DNA of 33,345 nt from Alphaproteobacteria bacterium. Its GTDB lineage: Bacteria; Pseudomonadota; Alphaproteobacteria; Rickettsiales; UBA998. The notes below the pieces were generated by a model. The model was not told the origin of the DNA. It was given only the letters and a program-made list of their open reading frames with translations, and did no database searches. Both the position numbers and the translations under genes were made by a program. Below are positions 17,762 to 25,817 of the stretch, in pieces; within the stretch, counting starts at the first letter, position 1, and every line of letters starts with the position of its first letter. The DNA is taken from assembly GCA_030430795.1 (NCBI GenBank), contig JAUIJX010000003.1:1-33345 (forward strand), read 5' to 3'.

Positions 17762-19120
17762 TTAGGCAAAACTGCCGTAAACCGGAAACTTCAGGCAGAG
17801 CTCTTCGACCTTGGCGCGCGTGGCATTCTCCACGGCGGAATTGTCTTCCGGATTGGCGGCCAGCCCGTCCAGCACATCACCGATCAGGTGACCGATCTGG
17901 CGGAATTCCGCTTCGCCGAACCCGCGGGTGGTACCGACCGGCGTGCCGAGGCGAACCCCGGAGGTAATCATCGGCGGTTGCGGGTCGAACGGAATGGCGT
18001 TCTTGTTACAGGTCAGGCCAGCCCGCTCCAGACTCTCTTCGGTATCTTTCCCGGTCAGGTTTTTCGGGCGCAGATCGACCAGCACGATATGGTTATCGGT
18101 GCCGCCGGAGACGATATTGACGCCACGTTCAATCAATGTCTCAGCCAGCGCACGGGCGTTGGTGACGACCTGATTGCCGTATTCTTTGAATGACGGTTCA
18201 AGCGCTTCGCCGTAAGCCACCGCTTTGGCCGCGATCACATGCATCAGCGGGCCGCCCTGAATGCCGGGGAAGATGGCCGAGTTGATGGCCTGTTCCAGCG
18301 TCACGTCTTTACCGGACGGCGTCTGGCGCAACACCATGTCCGGGTTGTTGGACAGGATCATCCCGCCGCGCGGACCGCGCAGGGTTTTGTGGGTGGTGGT
18401 GGTGACTACGTCGGCGTATGGCAGCGGGCTCGGGTATGACCCGGCAGCCACCAGACCGGCGACATGCGCCATGTCCACCATCAGGAAAGCACCGACACTG
18501 TCGGCGATTTTGCGGAAACGTTCCCAGTCCACCACACGCGGGTAGGCAGAGAAACCCGCCACGATCAGGCGCGGCTTATGTTCATTGGCCAGACGTTCCA
18601 CTTCGTCGTAATCGATCAGCCCGTCTTCTTCGCGTACGCCATATTGAATAGCGTTGAACCATTTACCGGACTGGTTCGGCGCGGCGCCGTGGGTCAGGTG
18701 ACCACCTGCCGCCAGCGACTGACCGAGAATGGTGTCGCCCGGTTTAATCAGCGCGGCATAAACCCCCTGATTGGCTTGCGAGCCGGAGTTCGGCTGGACG
18801 TTGGCATAGCGACAGTTAAACAGTTTCTTGGCGCGCTCGATGGCCAGCGTTTCCACAACATCGGCAAATTCACAGCCGCCGTAATAACGTTTGGACGGAT
18901 AACCCTCAGCGTATTTATTGGTGAATACGGAGCCCTGCGCTTCAATGACGGCGCGGCTGGCAATGTTCTCGGAGGCGATCAGTTCGATCTGCAATTGCTG
19001 GCGCTTGAGTTCGTCCTTCAGTGCGGCGGCGACTTGCGGGTCGGCCTGCTGCAGGGTGGCATCGAAAAAGGCGTTGTCACTGCTGGCGTTCATGGGTGTA
19101 ATCTTTTCTGCTTGTGTCAT
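17762..19120 (-). CDS. glyA: Serine hydroxymethyltransferase
   Basis: [47 protein letters not shown]. Confidence 0.98.
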   Translation of the reverse strand: MTQAEKITPMNASSDNAFFDATLQQADPQVAAALKDELKRQQLQIELIASENIASRAVIEAQGSVFTNKYAEGYPSKRYYGGCEFADVVETLAIERAKKLFNCRYANVQPNSGSQANQGVYAALIKPGDTILGQSLAAGGHLTHGAAPNQSGKWFNAIQYGVREEDGLIDYDEVERLANEHKPRLIVAGFSAYPRVVDWERFRKIADSVGAFLMVDMAHVAGLVAAGSYPSPLPYADVVTTTTHKTLRGPRGGMILSNNPDMVLRQTPSGKDVTLEQAINSAIFPGIQGGPLMHVIAAKAVAYGEALEPSFKEYGNQVVTNARALAETLIERGVNIVSGGTDNHIVLVDLRPKNLTGKDTEESLERAGLTCNKNAIPFDPQPPMITSGVRLGTPVGTTRGFGEAEFRQIGHLIGDVLDGLAANPEDNSAVENATRAKVEELCLKFPVYGSFA

Positions 19121-19191
19121 GGTTTTCCCTCATCACTATCGGTTGACTGCCTTATGGCATATTATCGCCGGAGATACCAGCAAAAATGCGG

Positions 19192-19623
19192 CTATCCGAG
19201 CTTTTTCACCCGTCCCTCATGACGTCCGCCTTCGAAGGCCGTCGCCAGAAAACGGTGCAGGCATTCTTTCGCCACTTCGGGTTCGGTCAGGCGCGCACCG
19301 AGCGCCAGAATATTGGCGTTGTTGTGCTGACGTGCCAGCATGGCCATTTCCGGGGTCAGGCACAGGGCCGCACGCACTCCGGGGTGCCGGTTGGCAGCGA
19401 TGCTGATGCCGATGCCGGAGCCACAAACAATCACGCCCAGATCGGCCTGCCCTGCGGCGATTGCTCTGCCGGCATCATGGCCGAAGTCGGGATAGTCCAC
19501 CGAGGCATCGCCATCGGTTCCGAGGTCAATGATTTCCCAGTCCTGCCCTTCCGGCAGCCAGGCTTTCAGCTGTTCTTTAAGTGCGTATCCCGCGTGATCG
19601 GATGCAAAGACGATTTTAGGCAT
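19192..19623 (-). CDS. rpiB: Ribose-5-phosphate isomerase B
   Basis: ASDHAG, SVDYPD, CGSGIGISIAANR, ARQHNNAN, FEGGRH. Confidence 0.97.
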   Translation of the reverse strand: MPKIVFASDHAGYALKEQLKAWLPEGQDWEIIDLGTDGDASVDYPDFGHDAGRAIAAGQADLGVIVCGSGIGISIAANRHPGVRAALCLTPEMAMLARQHNNANILALGARLTEPEVAKECLHRFLATAFEGGRHEGRVKKLG

Positions 19624-19629
19624 GGCGGC

Positions 19630-19657
19630 AGATTAGCATGATCTGTTTTTGCTGCAA
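19630..19657 (-). promoter_or_regulatory. Putative leaderless promoter for rpiB
   Basis: Minus strand TTGCAG-N16-TAATCT (TGn extended)-N6-ATG(19623); no SD. Confidence 0.55.
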
Positions 19658-19696
19658 CGTTTTCCTGTTGCGTGTCAGCAGGTAATCTCCCATCAT

Positions 19697-20476
19697 ATGC
19701 CGGTGGACGCTGAGATGATCATTCCTGTTTTTGTGGCGCTGGTGGGGCTGGCCTTCGGCAGCTTTGCCACGCTGGTCAGTTATCGCCTGCCGCATGAGTC
19801 GTCCATCGTGTTTACACGTTCCCAATGCCCATCCTGCAAGCATCCGCTCGATGCACTTGATCTGTTCCCGGTGATTTCATGGCTGGCGCATGGTGGCGCG
19901 TGCCGTCATTGCAAAGCCGCTGTCAGCATCCGTTATCCCCTGACCGAACTGGCCACTATGGCGCTGTTCCTTTTAGTATATGAGCAGATGGGCATCTCTG
20001 TCGCCTCCGTACTGTGCGCGTTGCTTGCCGTGTGCATCGTAATCCTGACGGTGACTGATCTGGAGCATCAGATCATCCCCGACCAGATACAATGGGCGAT
20101 GGCGGTGCTTGCCATTTTGTGGCACGCACTGACACCGGCAGGCAATCTGTGGGATGCCGGTATCGGGCTGCTGGCTGGTGGCGGTTTTGGCTGGGCGTTG
20201 CAGAACGGATACAAACTGTTGCGCAAACGCGACGGACTGGGCACCGGCGATGTGAAGTTTCTGGCCGTCGCCGGATTGTGGCTTGGGCCGCTCGGGCTGG
20301 TGCCGCTGTTTTTATACTCCGGTATCCTCGGCATTATCACCGCGCTTATCTGGCGGATGCTTGGCAAAGGCCCCATCTTTCCGTTTGGCCCCGCGCTTGC
20401 TTTTTCCATGTTTCTGATGGTCGTTTTTCCCGAGTTTCAGGATTATTTCTGGGAGCCAAAACTATGGCTGCGCTGA
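19697..20476 (+). CDS. pilD: Prepilin peptidase / N-methyltransferase (A24A, PilD/GspO type)
   Basis: GSF...YRLP, RSQCPSC and CRHC zinc motifs, catalytic Asp in TDLEHQIIPD and GTGDVK, FPFGP. Start is ATG 19697 or 19715 rather than the TTG at 19649. Confidence 0.93.
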   Translation: MPVDAEMIIPVFVALVGLAFGSFATLVSYRLPHESSIVFTRSQCPSCKHPLDALDLFPVISWLAHGGACRHCKAAVSIRYPLTELATMALFLLVYEQMGISVASVLCALLAVCIVILTVTDLEHQIIPDQIQWAMAVLAILWHALTPAGNLWDAGIGLLAGGGFGWALQNGYKLLRKRDGLGTGDVKFLAVAGLWLGPLGLVPLFLYSGILGIITALIWRMLGKGPIFPFGPALAFSMFLMVVFPEFQDYFWEPKLWLR

Positions 20477-20591
20477 GGGGTGAATTAGTGTTTGAATTAG
20501 CACATTGAACCGTGTAAGAACATATATGTGGTAGGTCATATTGACTCAATTTACTAGTTGTTGCGGTTTTTAGGTGGGCTGTTGAACGCAT

Positions 20592-22340
20592 ATGTATGCT
20601 GGATTTAAACGTGTAGTTGTCCCGGTTTTGTGCTTATTGGCACTGGCAGCCTGTACCGAGGACGGGGAATTGGAATTCAAAGACCCCATCGACCGCAAGC
20701 TTGACCTTACCCGCGAAGATTTCCGCAATATGGCCAACCCCGGATTACTGCCGCATGGCGATATTGAAGTCACGGCCAAAACACTGGCTCCACCTGTTCC
20801 CGAAATTGCTCCCATTCTTGCTGCACCTAAACCACCGAAGATCGGACATGCCCGGCTGGTGACCATCACGGTTACCGATGACGTACCACTGAAAGACGTT
20901 TTGATCGAACTGGCGCGACTGGCCGATATCGATATCGAACTGGATGCCGGGATTAAGGGCGGGGTAGCATTCCGCGCCAAAGACCGTCCTTTCAACGAGG
21001 TGATTGAACGGCTCGCCGATCTGGCCGGGCTACGCTATACCATGCGTAACGGGGTGTTACGCGTCGAGCGTGACGTGCCATATATCCGCAACTACTCGCT
21101 CGACTTCATCAATATCGTGCGCAGCAGTGAAAGCTCCGTGAACGTCGCCACCGATGTGCTGGCGCTGGCCAATTCCGCCGGCGGTGAAGGCGGAAGCGGT
21201 CTTAGTACCGGCTCTACCTCATCCATCACTGCTTCGGCAGAAGATGATTTCTGGGATTCACTGGAGTTGGGCATCACCCAGATTCTGACCTACCGACCAC
21301 CTGTACGCGTTTCCGAGAATGAGGCACAGCTGTTATCCAGCGGACCTCCTGTTGACCCAGCCGAGGCGGCGGCTCAAGCCTTTGTCATTAACCGACAGGC
21401 CGGTATCCTCTCCGTATCTGCCACGCAACAACAGCACGAAGCCATCGGGGCGTATATCGATAAGCTGCAATCCAACACCTCCGCACAGGTGCTGATTGAA
21501 GCCAAGATTGTGGAAGTTTCCCTGAATGATCAGTTCCAGAGCGGTATTAACTGGACGCTGTTTGAAGGGGATGGCTCCGTGATCAATACCTTCACCAAGA
21601 CCTTCGATGCCACCGATGTGACGACCTTCACCTTCGGGCGCAACAATCTCGATATCAACGCCGCGGTCAACCTCGTGGAGAAATTCGGTACCACCCGGAC
21701 ACTCTCCAGTCCGCGCCTACACGCCATCAACAACCAACAAGCCGTTCTGACCTTCGCGCAAAACAAAGTGTTCTTCGAGGTCGATCTGGAACGCGAAGAC
21801 GACCAGATTATTGACGGGGTGCTGGTACCCGGTAGCCTAAGTGTGGAATCCACCCGCCGCTCTGTGCCGATCGGGATTATTCTGAATATTCTGCCATCCA
21901 TCGATCTGGGCCATAATACGGTAACCCTGAGTGTACGTCCGACCCTCTCCCGTCAGGTGGATACAGTGGTCGATCCGGGTTCTGCCATTGTGAACCAGCA
22001 AATCCTCAGTGCCGACCCGACAGCAGAAGGATTCGTCAACGAAGTGCCGGTGGTGGAAGTGCGGGAGCTGGATACCATCCTCAAGCTGCAAAGCGGACAG
22101 ATTATGGTGATTGGCGGATTGATGGAGCAGTCGCAGGCCAATAATGATTCCGGCGCGCCGTTTGTCAGCGACGTACCGTGGCTGGGCAATCTGTTTAAGA
22201 GCGTTGAGAAGACCGGTAGTAATCGCGAGTTGATTATTTTTATCCGGGCGACGATTGTTGGTTCCAACGGCAACTTCCACAACAGCGACCAACGTATTTA
22301 CGATAATTTCACTGAAGACCCGCGGCCTCTACGATTCTAA
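20592..22340 (+). CDS. Lipoprotein secretin, MshL/BfpB-like
   Basis: Lipobox LAAC; Ser/Gly-rich loop ending DDFWDSLE; secretin motifs QVLIEAKIVEV, GINW, LSSPRL, NNQQA, IGGLM, VPWLGNLF, ELIIFI. Confidence 0.88.
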   Translation: MYAGFKRVVVPVLCLLALAACTEDGELEFKDPIDRKLDLTREDFRNMANPGLLPHGDIEVTAKTLAPPVPEIAPILAAPKPPKIGHARLVTITVTDDVPLKDVLIELARLADIDIELDAGIKGGVAFRAKDRPFNEVIERLADLAGLRYTMRNGVLRVERDVPYIRNYSLDFINIVRSSESSVNVATDVLALANSAGGEGGSGLSTGSTSSITASAEDDFWDSLELGITQILTYRPPVRVSENEAQLLSSGPPVDPAEAAAQAFVINRQAGILSVSATQQQHEAIGAYIDKLQSNTSAQVLIEAKIVEVSLNDQFQSGINWTLFEGDGSVINTFTKTFDATDVTTFTFGRNNLDINAAVNLVEKFGTTRTLSSPRLHAINNQQAVLTFAQNKVFFEVDLEREDDQIIDGVLVPGSLSVESTRRSVPIGIILNILPSIDLGHNTVTLSVRPTLSRQVDTVVDPGSAIVNQQILSADPTAEGFVNEVPVVEVRELDTILKLQSGQIMVIGGLMEQSQANNDSGAPFVSDVPWLGNLFKSVEKTGSNRELIIFIRATIVGSNGNFHNSDQRIYDNFTEDPRPLRF

Positions 22341-22341
22341 T

Positions 22342-23109
22342 ATGTTGACCATACTCCGTTACGTCTGCCTTACCGCTTTCAGAGATCGCCTTTTTTTCGG
22401 GTTGCTGGTGGCCATCGTACTCACCACGTTTATCTCAGCAGCGCTGGCAGGAACGTCTCTGATTGAGAAACAGGAAATGACGCTGGCATTCAGCGGCGCG
22501 GCCGCACGGCTGATTGTGATCGTCGGACTGATCGTGTTTATCGGATTTCACGTTCGCAGCGCCTTCGACAATAAGGAAATCGACGTGTTTCTGTCCCGTC
22601 CCATTTCCCGCACCATGCTGGTGGTATCTTACTGGCTGGGCTTTTCTTTCGTGGCCTTCATTCTGGTGGCGCTGGCAGCCATCATCATCGCCGTCGTTGG
22701 GCCAGAGAACCATCTCGGTTTCATTGGATGGGCAGCCAGCCTGTTTTGCGAGACCCTGCTGGTCGTGGCCATGAGCCTGTTTACCAGCCTGATCCTGAAA
22801 AGTGCATCACTGAGCGTGGTCACCACCCTCGGATTCTACGCCCTCTCCCGCATGATGGGCTATTTCGTGGCGACGTCTAATTCCAATATTCTGTTCGTGA
22901 ATGAAGCCATGAACGAAACCGCACGCTATGTGATACAAGGCATCGCTATCTTTATTCCGCGGCTCGATTTTTTTACCAAGACCGAGTGGCTGGTGTACGG
23001 GTTTAGCACACCGGCTTCCGAATTATCCCTGTTTGCCGTGCAGGCTGCCGTGTTTATTCCCCTGTTGCTGCTGGCAGCGATGCTTGATTTCTGGCGCAAG
23101 GAGTTTTAG
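22342..23109 (+). CDS. ABC-2 type permease-like membrane protein (PilI/GldF-like)
   Basis: About 6 TM; FDNKEIDVFLSRPISR and C-terminal DFWRKEF. Start moved to ATG 22342, 1 nt after the secretin stop. Confidence 0.8.
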   Translation: MLTILRYVCLTAFRDRLFFGLLVAIVLTTFISAALAGTSLIEKQEMTLAFSGAAARLIVIVGLIVFIGFHVRSAFDNKEIDVFLSRPISRTMLVVSYWLGFSFVAFILVALAAIIIAVVGPENHLGFIGWAASLFCETLLVVAMSLFTSLILKSASLSVVTTLGFYALSRMMGYFVATSNSNILFVNEAMNETARYVIQGIAIFIPRLDFFTKTEWLVYGFSTPASELSLFAVQAAVFIPLLLLAAMLDFWRKEF

Positions 23110-23111
23110 GC

Positions 23112-23846
23112 ATGTCCGGCGTCACCAGTTACCGCTCTCTGGTGCTACTCTGCGTGACATGCTTTTTGCTGCAAATTGGGTATTGGCAGCTCACCATTTC
23201 CCGACTGCCCGATATGACCGTGGTACCCACTCCGCCGGGCGAAGAAACACTTCAGGCGCTCAGTGCGGGTGACCCGGAAACACTTTTCCGCCTTCTGGCA
23301 TTTATGATGAGTAACTCCGGCGACACTTACGGGCGTTTCACCCCACTGTATAAATATGACATGAAGCTGGTCGGGCAGTGGTTCAGCCTTCTGGACACAC
23401 TGGATGCACGATCCAATCTCCTGCCGACGCTGGCCTCCATCTATTACAGCCAAACCCAGAAGGTGAGCGATGTGGCCTATCTGGCGCGGTACCTCCACCA
23501 ACATGGCGCCAGAGATCCGGCCAATAAATGGTGGTGGCTGGTGCAAGGTGTCTATCTGGCGCAACACCGGCTGAAAGATTTCGACCTGGCGGCAGAGATT
23601 GCCGAGGACCTCAAGAACAATCCAGATATTCCTCTTGTTGCTCAACAGCTTGCAGCTATTGTGCATGAGCAGCGCGGTGAAATGGATCAGGCGATGGCGA
23701 TCATGGAGAGCATTCTGGAGAATGTCGAGATGATTCCAGATAAGCAATTGAAATATATGAAATATTTTATTGATGAACGCTTGCATCGACTGGATGAACT
23801 GGAAGGCCGGGCAAAAGACCGCTTACATATTGAAGAAAACCCATAA
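23112..23846 (+). CDS. Hypothetical membrane-anchored helical (TPR-like) protein
   Basis: N-terminal hydrophobic segment followed by amphipathic helix pairs; starts 2 nt after the permease stop. Confidence 0.75.
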   Translation: MSGVTSYRSLVLLCVTCFLLQIGYWQLTISRLPDMTVVPTPPGEETLQALSAGDPETLFRLLAFMMSNSGDTYGRFTPLYKYDMKLVGQWFSLLDTLDARSNLLPTLASIYYSQTQKVSDVAYLARYLHQHGARDPANKWWWLVQGVYLAQHRLKDFDLAAEIAEDLKNNPDIPLVAQQLAAIVHEQRGEMDQAMAIMESILENVEMIPDKQLKYMKYFIDERLHRLDELEGRAKDRLHIEENP

Positions 23847-23888
23847 ATTTACCTTTCGGCAAGGGTCTTATGGTACCCTTCGTGGGTT

Positions 23889-24971
23889 ATGAACGATATT
23901 TTGCTCACGTTATTTCAGGCGTTGCAGCTTGCTGCACTGGGTCCTTGTTTGTTCATCGTGGCGTTTCTGTTGCTCACCGGCAAAGACCTGCGTGCTTCGC
24001 TCGTCCCTTCCCTGTATTTCGTGGCGTTGTCCGCCAGCTTTATGATTCCGCTGCTATCAACGATTGCACCGAGCAATTATCAGGCCGTGCTGTCCGCTCT
24101 GTTGTTTCTGGAAAGCCTGACGCCATCTCTTAGCTTTTTGCTGATTCTGCAATTTCTGTATGGCCGTCCGGCGCCGTGGCCGTATTGGCTGGTGCTGGCG
24201 ATCCCGATTGTGGGCGGCAGTTCCTTTATCTACGGCTATGTGTATTTCGACGATGTCTGCCTGCTCAGCACCTATTGCATTGAGACCGATTCCCTGAAAG
24301 TGCTCTACAGCATCCTCAGTGCCGCGTTGATCTTCCTGTTGCTGGTGGCGCATTACAGCCTGAGCGGTACGGAAATCGACATTCACGACAAGAAGCGGCA
24401 TCATAAATACTGGCTGATCATGGCGCTGATCATGCTGAACCTGCAGCTGATGATCGTCGATCTGGCGATGGTAGCGGAACGTCTGGACGTCAGTAAGGCC
24501 GAGGTTGTATCCACCTTTATCCGTATCGGCTTCATCTATCTGGTGATGACCTCCCTCTTCCGGGTATTCGATGAAACGATTCTGCTTGATAGTTCACGTA
24601 TCCCAACGCTTAACTCCGCGCGCGCAAAAGACAGCGATGAATGGATGATCAAGCGCATTACCGAGGCGATGGAGGAGAAACATCTGTATCGTGAAATGGG
24701 GCGCAGCCGTGAAGATGTCTCCGAGGAACTGGGCATCCCCGAACATCAGTTATCACGCGTAATCAACGCGCATTTTGGCAAGAACTTTAATGAATTCCTG
24801 AACAGTTACCGCATTAAGGAGGCGCAGTATCGTCTGGTCAACGAAGACGCACCGATTACCGCTATCGCCTATGATGTCGGGTTCAGCAGTATCGCCTCTT
24901 TCAACCGCGTGTTTAAAACGATGGTGGGAATGTCGCCTTCCGCTTACCGCATGGATGGGAAACGCGCGTAA
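23889..24971 (+). CDS. Membrane-embedded AraC-family transcriptional regulator
   Basis: About 7 hydrophobic segments, then the HTH region HQLSRVIN...NFNEFLNSYRI...IAYDVGFSSIASFNRVFK...GMSPSAYR. Confidence 0.92.
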   Translation: MNDILLTLFQALQLAALGPCLFIVAFLLLTGKDLRASLVPSLYFVALSASFMIPLLSTIAPSNYQAVLSALLFLESLTPSLSFLLILQFLYGRPAPWPYWLVLAIPIVGGSSFIYGYVYFDDVCLLSTYCIETDSLKVLYSILSAALIFLLLVAHYSLSGTEIDIHDKKRHHKYWLIMALIMLNLQLMIVDLAMVAERLDVSKAEVVSTFIRIGFIYLVMTSLFRVFDETILLDSSRIPTLNSARAKDSDEWMIKRITEAMEEKHLYREMGRSREDVSEELGIPEHQLSRVINAHFGKNFNEFLNSYRIKEAQYRLVNEDAPITAIAYDVGFSSIASFNRVFKTMVGMSPSAYRMDGKRA

Positions 24972-25790
24972 TCAGCTCACCACTTTCAGGGTTTGCTTGC
25001 CTTCGGGGAATACGCCGTCGCGCACGTCCTGCGCATAGTCGACAACTGCCTGCTCGATCATTTCTTTCATGTTGCCGTAGGTTTTGACGAATTTCGGGGT
25101 GCGTTCAAACAGCCCCAGCATGTCTTCCGTCACCAGCACCTGCCCGTCGCACCCGGCACCGGCACCGATACCGATGGTCGGGATGGTCAGTTTGCGGGTC
25201 AGCTCCGCCGCCACATCATTCTCCACACATTCCAGCAACATGGCGAAAGCACCGGCTTCCTGCCCGGCCATAGCATCTTCCAGCAGCGCCGCTTTTTCCT
25301 CGTCGGTCTTACCCTGATAGCGATAGCCGCCGGTGGTATGCACATGTTGCGGCTTCAACCCGGTATGTGCCATCACCGGGATACCGCGCTCGGTCAGGAA
25401 CCGCACTGTCTCAGCCATTTCCACGCCACCTTCCAGTTTGACCGCCGCGCAGCCGGTTTCCTTCATGATGCGCGCCGCATTCTCAAATGCCTGCTCAGGC
25501 GACAGCTGATAACTGCCAAATGGCATATCGACGATCACAAACGCCGACTCGCTGGCAGACACCACCGCTTTGGCATGGGCGATCATGAGATCAACCGATA
25601 CACCGAGCGTGGAATCCATGCCGTAGAGCACCATGCCGAGAGAATCACCGACCAACAGCATATCCACATGCGGATCAAGCAGCGCCGCCATTGGCGCACT
25701 GTAGGCGGTCAGGACAACGATCGGTTCCTGGCCTTTCTTCTGTTGGATATTACGGACGGTCTGGCGCTTCTTTGGCGTGTGTTTTGACAT
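24972..25790 (-). CDS. panB: 3-methyl-2-oxobutanoate hydroxymethyltransferase
   Basis: LTAY, LVGDSLGM, DMPFGSY, VKLEGG, PTIGIGAG, DGQVLV, PKFVK. Confidence 0.97.
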   Translation of the reverse strand: MSKHTPKKRQTVRNIQQKKGQEPIVVLTAYSAPMAALLDPHVDMLLVGDSLGMVLYGMDSTLGVSVDLMIAHAKAVVSASESAFVIVDMPFGSYQLSPEQAFENAARIMKETGCAAVKLEGGVEMAETVRFLTERGIPVMAHTGLKPQHVHTTGGYRYQGKTDEEKAALLEDAMAGQEAGAFAMLLECVENDVAAELTRKLTIPTIGIGAGAGCDGQVLVTEDMLGLFERTPKFVKTYGNMKEMIEQAVVDYAQDVRDGVFPEGKQTLKVVS

Positions 25791-25817
25791 TGGCTTCGTT
25801 CGGTTACCCGACGCATT

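Noticed and set aside
11984-19222. Long plus-strand ORFs opposite the thiL-glyA block (e.g. 11984-12742, 13842-14735, 15312-16055, 16529-17236, 18464-19222)
   Set aside because: Stop-poor antisense frames expected opposite real genes in GC-rich DNA.
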